Assembly (NCBI GenBank): GCA_964594215.1
Contig: CAZQLN010000003.1
Location: 91,447-150,496, forward strand
Length of the DNA: 59,050 nt
DNA from: an uncultured Bdellovibrionales bacterium
Lineage (GTDB): Bacteria; Patescibacteriota; Minisyncoccia; Moranbacterales; UBA1568
Direction of reading: 5' to 3'
The notes beneath the pieces are model-generated. The model did no database searches. It was not told the origin of the DNA and worked only from the letters and a program-made list of their open reading frames with translations. Positions within the stretch are counted from its first letter, which is position 1. Each line of letters begins with the position of its first letter. The position numbers and the translations under genes are program-made. Positions 54,979 through 59,050 of this stretch are shown here, one piece after another.

Positions 54979-55012
54979 ACAGGCCATCAGTTCGATCCTG
55001 GCCCGTCTCGTC
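54979..55012 (+). other. tRNA 3'-half-like remnant (T-loop-like AGTTCGATCCT)
   Basis: AGGCCATCAGTTCGATCCTGGCCCGTCTCG aligns with the T-arm region of the adjacent tRNA-Thr, but no complete cloverleaf can be folded. Confidence 0.3.
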
Positions 55013-55054
55013 GAGGCGACAGCCGAGGTGGATAGGTGGCTCAACATACACCCT

Positions 55055-56141
55055 ATGGAAGATTTCCGTCCCGACATAGCTAGTCTCAAAAGTAAACTCC
55101 TGCATTTGCAGGACTATCTTTGACTGGAACAAAAAAGATGCTCGCCTTAGTGAATTAGAAACCCTCAGTGAATCACCGACCCTGTGGGATGATCCCAAAA
55201 AAGCTGGTCGTCTCATGCAGGAACTCGAGCAACTTCGTACTGAGAAAGTTAATTTCAATAATCTTAAGAACCGTCTCAATGATCTCGAGACGCTCTTTGA
55301 GCTGACAAGCGATCCTGCTCAACAGCAAGAACTCGCTACTGAGTACCGTGACCTAGAAACTCGTCTAGGGGAATGGGAATGGCAAACCCTGATGCAAGGT
55401 CCCTATGATTATGACGGTGCTATTTTGACTCTGCGCAGTGGTGCTGGTGGAGTAGATGCTCAGGATTGGACTGAGATCCTTCTTCGCATGTATCTCCGCT
55501 ACGCTGAACAGAAAAATTTTCTTACCACTGTGCTTGAGGAGTCACGTGGCAGTGAAGCTGGTATTAAGAGTATTACCTTTGAGTGTAGTGGCCCGTACGC
55601 CTATGGTCTTCTCAAGTATGAAGCGGGTATTCATCGATTGGTTCGTCTCTCACCTTTCAATGCCAATAATCTACGTCAAACCTCTTTTGCCTCACTTGAG
55701 GTCATGCCTATTCTTCCCGAAGAAGATCAGAGTATCATTATCAAAGACGATGAGGTGCGTATCGATACCTTCCGTTCTTCTGGGGCAGGGGGGCAGAGTG
55801 TCAACAAGACCGAGAGCGCTGTTCGTATCACCCATTTACCCTCTGGTATAGTAGTGAGTTGCCAAAACGAACGTTCGCAACTCCAAAACCGAGAATCTGC
55901 TTGGAAAATGCTCCGTTCCAAACTCGCTCAACAAAAAATAGAAGAGCTCGCCAAAGAGCAAGCGAGTCTGCGTGGAGAATACAAGAGTGCTGAGTGGGGG
56001 AATCAGATCCGCTCTTATGTGCTTCATCCTTACAACATGGTCAAGGATCATCGTACCAATACAGAAACCACTGATACTGGTAAAATCCTCGATGGACATC
56101 TTGATACATTTATCGAAAGTGAACTTCGTTATTTTGCATAA
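55055..56141 (+). CDS. prfB: peptide chain release factor 2, requires programmed +1 frameshift at 55118-55124
   Basis: Frame 0 reads MEDFRPDIASLKSKLLHLQDYL then TGA at 55121. The +1 frame continues DWNKKDARL...; SPF and GGQ motifs are present. The site TATCTTTGAC is identical to the E. coli prfB shift site. Confidence 0.93.
55112..55124 (+). promoter_or_regulatory. prfB +1 frameshift site (CTT TGA C)
   Basis: GAC TAT CTT TGA C. 55122 and the downstream ORF (55215) are in the same frame (difference of 93 nt). Confidence 0.85.
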
Positions 56142-56212
56142 AAGTATTGATCAGCTTCCGTTTTTCTCTCTTTTTCGGTATAATAGGAGGGTACTAAAAA
56201 ACAAATCTTTGT

Positions 56213-56947
56213 ATGACCGACTCAGTCAATCCGATTATTCGCTTTGAGGGCGTGACCAAAAGCTTTCCTCACAACACCGCTGTTCTTGAGAACATCAACC
56301 TTTCTATCATGCCAGGAGAATTCGTCTCCGTGATTGGTGCGAGTGGTGCTGGTAAGTCTACTTTCCTAAAACTCATCTATGCCGAAGAAGTACCTACCAT
56401 GGGAGAGGTCTATTTCAACGAACGTGCTCTCTCACTCATCAATCGCAAACACCTTCCCTACTACCGCCGTAACATCGGAACGGTTTTTCAAGATTTCAAA
56501 CTCCTGCCCCAGAGAACCGCTTTTGAAAATGTAGCCTATGCCCTTGAGGTTGATGGTATCAGCACCGAAGAAATTAATGAGCAAGTTCCTGAAATTCTCG
56601 CGATAGTAGGTCTCTCAGAGAAGGGGGATAAGTTCCCTCACCAACTTTCTGGTGGAGAACAACAACGCGTAGCTCTCGCTCGTGCTCTTATTCATCGTCC
56701 GAAGATGATTATTGCCGATGAACCGACTGGTAACCTTGATCCACGTTCTAGTGAAGAGATCATCCATTTGTTACTCGAAATCAATTCATACGGTACTACT
56801 GTTCTTCTCGCCACTCACAACAAACACGTCGTGGACGAAATTGGCAAACGCGTCATCGTCCTGGACGATGGAATGGTCATTGGTGATGAGATGGTTGGTA
56901 AATACGTCCAAGCTGACAAACACACTCCCGCTACTAAAACATTTTAG
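56213..56947 (+). CDS. ftsE: cell division ATP-binding protein FtsE
   Basis: Walker A GASGAGKST, signature LSGGEQQRV, Walker B IIADEPTGNLD. Confidence 0.9.
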   Translation: MTDSVNPIIRFEGVTKSFPHNTAVLENINLSIMPGEFVSVIGASGAGKSTFLKLIYAEEVPTMGEVYFNERALSLINRKHLPYYRRNIGTVFQDFKLLPQRTAFENVAYALEVDGISTEEINEQVPEILAIVGLSEKGDKFPHQLSGGEQQRVALARALIHRPKMIIADEPTGNLDPRSSEEIIHLLLEINSYGTTVLLATHNKHVVDEIGKRVIVLDDGMVIGDEMVGKYVQADKHTPATKTF

Positions 56948-56956
56948 GAATTCACT

Positions 56957-57871
56957 ATGTCCAATAAGTCACTCAAACTCTGGCGCACATTCAAGGAAGG
57001 TCTCCAAAACTTCCGTCGTAACGGTTGGTTGTCTTTCGCGACAGTCAGTATTTTGACTCTCTCACTTTTCATTGTCAGTCTCTCTGTCTTGCTAGGTCTC
57101 ACCACCAGCTTGATTCTCGATACTATGCGTGAGAAAGTGAGTGTCAATGTATCCTTCAATCCCGATGTCAGTGAAGAGCGTATTATGGAGATCAAAGATG
57201 AGCTTTCTAAATACACCAAAGAGATTGCCTCTGTCCAATATGTTTCCAAAGAAAAAGCTCTCGAAGAATTTCTCGCCAAGAACAATCCGGTGATTGCTCA
57301 GGCTATCGAAGAGATAGGAGAGAATCCATTACTTCCATCTCTCAATATCAAAGCAGTAGAACCCAACAAATATCCACTTATTGTTGATCAGCTCGAGAAC
57401 TCTACTTTTCAGAATGACATCAGTCGTATCAACTACGAAGAAAATCGCCGCATCTTCGAACGCCTCGAAAAGATTAATGTTGCTACCAAAAAAGCTGGTT
57501 TAGCTATTGGTTTCACTTTTGTTTTCATAGCGATTCTCATTACCTTCAACACTATTCGTATCACTATCTACTCTCACCGAGCTGAATTTGAGATTATGCG
57601 TCTCGTCGGTGCATCGAATCTCTATGTCCGTACACCATTTATCTTTGAAGGAGTTCTCTATGGTGCTACAGCATCCGTCGTAACTATGCTTCTTTTGTTT
57701 GGTATTGCTTATTACATTTCACCATTGACCCAAGGCGCCATCCCACAAGGAAACTTCCTTCGCCTCTATCTTCTTAATTTCCATTGGATATTTCTTTCAG
57801 TACTTAGTCTGGGCACTATACTCGGTATGCTTTCTAGTGCTATCGCTATTCGACGTTACCTCAAGATCTAG
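56957..57871 (+). CDS. ftsX: cell division permease FtsX
   Basis: One TM helix, a periplasmic domain, then three TM helices; follows ftsE. Contains EIMRLVGAS. Confidence 0.88.
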   Translation: MSNKSLKLWRTFKEGLQNFRRNGWLSFATVSILTLSLFIVSLSVLLGLTTSLILDTMREKVSVNVSFNPDVSEERIMEIKDELSKYTKEIASVQYVSKEKALEEFLAKNNPVIAQAIEEIGENPLLPSLNIKAVEPNKYPLIVDQLENSTFQNDISRINYEENRRIFERLEKINVATKKAGLAIGFTFVFIAILITFNTIRITIYSHRAEFEIMRLVGASNLYVRTPFIFEGVLYGATASVVTMLLLFGIAYYISPLTQGAIPQGNFLRLYLLNFHWIFLSVLSLGTILGMLSSAIAIRRYLKI

Positions 57872-57906
57872 TGATTTGACTTCAGTAGGGGAAACCTTGA
57901 CAGCCC

Positions 57907-57935
57907 TTGCATTTAGTCAAAAAGTATGATATAAT
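57907..57935 (+). promoter_or_regulatory. strong sigma70-like promoter with extended -10
   Basis: TTGCAT (57907-12), 17-nt spacer, TGaTATAAT (57927-35). Confidence 0.55.
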
Positions 57936-57973
57936 GGACATGTAAGGGTAAAACTCTTATACAGGAGGGAACA

Positions 57974-58111
57974 ATGCGTGCACAAAATCTTGCCGCAGAA
58001 AACAAAAATAACCTTGTCGGACCTCCGTGGTCCAGCGCAAGGCAAAATCTATTTTGCTTTTGTTTGGTTGGAAGCTTCGGGATAGCATTATTTGCTAGTT
58101 TTCCCTGGTAG
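57974..58111 (+). CDS. 45-aa small protein with hydrophobic C-terminus (below the ORF-track cutoff)
   Basis: SD AGGAGGG 4 nt upstream. MRAQNLAAENKNNLVGPPWSSARQNLFCFCLVGSFGIALFASFPW. Has its own promoter and terminator. Confidence 0.4.
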   Translation: MRAQNLAAENKNNLVGPPWSSARQNLFCFCLVGSFGIALFASFPW

Positions 58112-58137
58112 CCTTCTGCCAGCCTTACCTGAAAATG

Positions 58138-58166
58138 GGCTCGTCCTCTTGTGGCGGGCCTTTTTC
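58138..58166 (+). terminator. rho-independent terminator
   Basis: GGCTCGTC/GGCGGGCC (8 bp, two G-U pairs) followed by TTTTT. Confidence 0.55.
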
Positions 58167-58172
58167 CTTGTC

Positions 58173-58200
58173 TTGAAATTTATCGTCAGTTCTGTATACT
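58173..58200 (+). promoter_or_regulatory. candidate promoter of tRNA-Gln
   Basis: TTGAAA-16 nt-TATACT, ending 14 nt before the tRNA. Confidence 0.45.
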
Positions 58201-58202
58201 AT

Positions 58203-59050
58203 TCAGGTATCTTTTGGGGAGTAGCCAAGCGGTAAGGCAATAGGTTCTGGTCCTATGATGCGGGGGTTCGAATCCCTCCTCCCCAACCAATTATCATTTT
58301 CTTGATATGCAAGCACCCCTTGGAAGGGTGTTTTCGCTTCATAGAGCAGTTTTTCACCCCTCAATTGCAAGTTCTGAAGTATGAAGTTGATAATGCTCGT
58401 TTTTTCGGGCACTTCAGAACTTTCAAACAGATCAAAGGCTCTTGAAGCAACATCCAATATCTTACCCGCTGTTATATAGAAGCTATTATCACCCTTGGAG
58501 TGCTCTTCAAGTTCTATCACTAGTTTTTCACGGTCTACCCCTAATTCTTTCACAAAAGCATCATATTCATCCGTGCTAATTCTTCCATCCAAACGGTCTT
58601 CATACATTAGCCTGAGACGCTTTGAAATAGCCTCCAAACGGCCTTGAATACGGTTAAGGTTCTGTTGATAGTAGCTTTGCTCATTTTCGTGCAAGAGACG
58701 CAATCTTTCTTTCAACTTGGCCATTTCCTCATCTGAGGGCCGAAGTCGTCCCAAAACCCCCATAATTTGCTCCACAATGCGCTCTTCTTTGACCCAAGCT
58801 TTATTGGTGCAGGTCTTATGATAGTTGGTGCAGTGATAGTAAACATAGCGTCCTTTTTTGAGCTCTGGAGTAAAGAGACACTCGCATTCAGGGCAGGTGA
58901 TGAGACCACGAAAAATAAAAGGCTTATCAACTCTCTTGAAAGGTTTCTTATCATAGCTTTCTCTCACTTCTTGCACCTGATTGTAAAGGTAGAGTGAAAT
59001 CAAAGGCTCATAGCGATGCTGAAAGAGCTTCTCTTTATAATCCATTTGCC
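58203..59050 (-). mobile_element. large serine recombinase gene, 5'-truncated by the window end (recombinase domain end, Zn ribbon, coiled coil)
   Basis: HRYEPLIS.YLYNQVQ (end of the recombinase domain), zinc ribbon CPECECLF...YYHCTNY, and a long coiled-coil region. The frame stays open to nt 59050. The last 29 or so codons are antisense to tRNA-Gln. Confidence 0.75.
58215..58289 (+). tRNA. tRNA-Gln (anticodon CTG), CCA encoded
   Basis: TGGGGAG..GCCAAGCGGTAAGGC..ATAGG-TTCTGGT-CCTAT..GGGGG-TTCGAAT-CCCTC-CTCCCCA-A-CCA. Closely parallels E. coli tRNA-Gln. Confidence 0.9.

Noticed and set aside
54732-55279. Track ORFs 54732..55079 (+), 54862..55089 (-) and 54893..55279 (-).
   Set aside because: They overlap tRNA-Thr and the frameshifted prfB N-terminus, and are explained by those features.
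57990-58060. Possible SRP (4.5S) RNA. CCTTGTCGGACC...GGTCCAGCGCAAGGCA resembles the E. coli domain IV string CCAGGUCAGGUCCGGAAGGAAGCAGCCAAGGCA.
   Set aside because: The apical loop is UCCGU rather than a GNRA tetraloop, and the conserved AGG/AGCA symmetric loop is replaced by paired bases. The region also has a strong SD and a 45-codon ORF. An Infernal scan would settle it.
1-59050. Alternative genetic code (UGA=Gly, code 25) as seen in some CPR lineages. Also CRISPR arrays, rRNA genes or reverse-transcriptase-based elements.
   Set aside because: TGA terminates well-aligned genes (for example trmD, grpE and the prfB frame-0 stop), and RF2 is encoded. By eye I found no regularly spaced direct repeats, no rRNA-like sequence and no RT-like ORF. 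A computational repeat scan would be needed for certainty.

Overview
This is a 59-kb chromosomal segment, roughly 40% GC by spot counts, mostly coding on the + strand. It looks like a reduced-genome bacterium. The compact housekeeping proteins, a DUF4012-type envelope protein, a type IV pilin and a short AlaRS suggest a Patescibacteria/CPR-like organism, but that is inference only.

Recognisable core genes:
- Cell wall and division: trmD-ftsW-murG-murC-murB, a D-Ala-D-Ala carboxypeptidase, mraY, ftsA, ftsEX.
- Secretion and central metabolism: secA, pyk, pgk, eno, a PfkB-family kinase, pyrG.
- Translation: rplI, rpmA, rplU, alaS, cysS, hpf, queA, and prfB with the classical +1 frameshift site.
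- Replication and segregation: dnaB, recR, scpAB.
- A CIRCE-controlled hrcA-grpE-hsp20-dnaK heat-shock operon.
- tRNA-Thr(CGU) and tRNA-Gln(CUG).

Standard code 11 is implied: RF2 is present and TGA ends well-aligned genes.

The two most unusual loci flank the heat-shock operon, and both look higher in GC than their surroundings.
1. 41.2-42.4 kb: an operon of five 67-88-codon orphan genes. They encode a secreted polycationic peptide and two paralogous proteins ending in RPEN-x3-CxxCxxC.
2. 46.6-52.6 kb: an island of about 6 kb. It carries three unrelated GNAT acetyltransferase genes on the opposite strand, several orphan proteins, a Nudix/[2Fe-2S]-ferredoxin-like pair, and at least seven micro membrane-protein genes, five of them in one translationally coupled operon. 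The island reuses two diverged copies of a bidirectional promoter cassette and two copies of a bidirectional terminator.

At the right edge, a 5'-truncated large serine recombinase gene reads antisense through tRNA-Gln. This probably marks the boundary of an integrated element that continues beyond the window.

I saw no rRNA, no CRISPR array and no recognisable defence genes. All family assignments come from motif recognition by eye, not from database searches.
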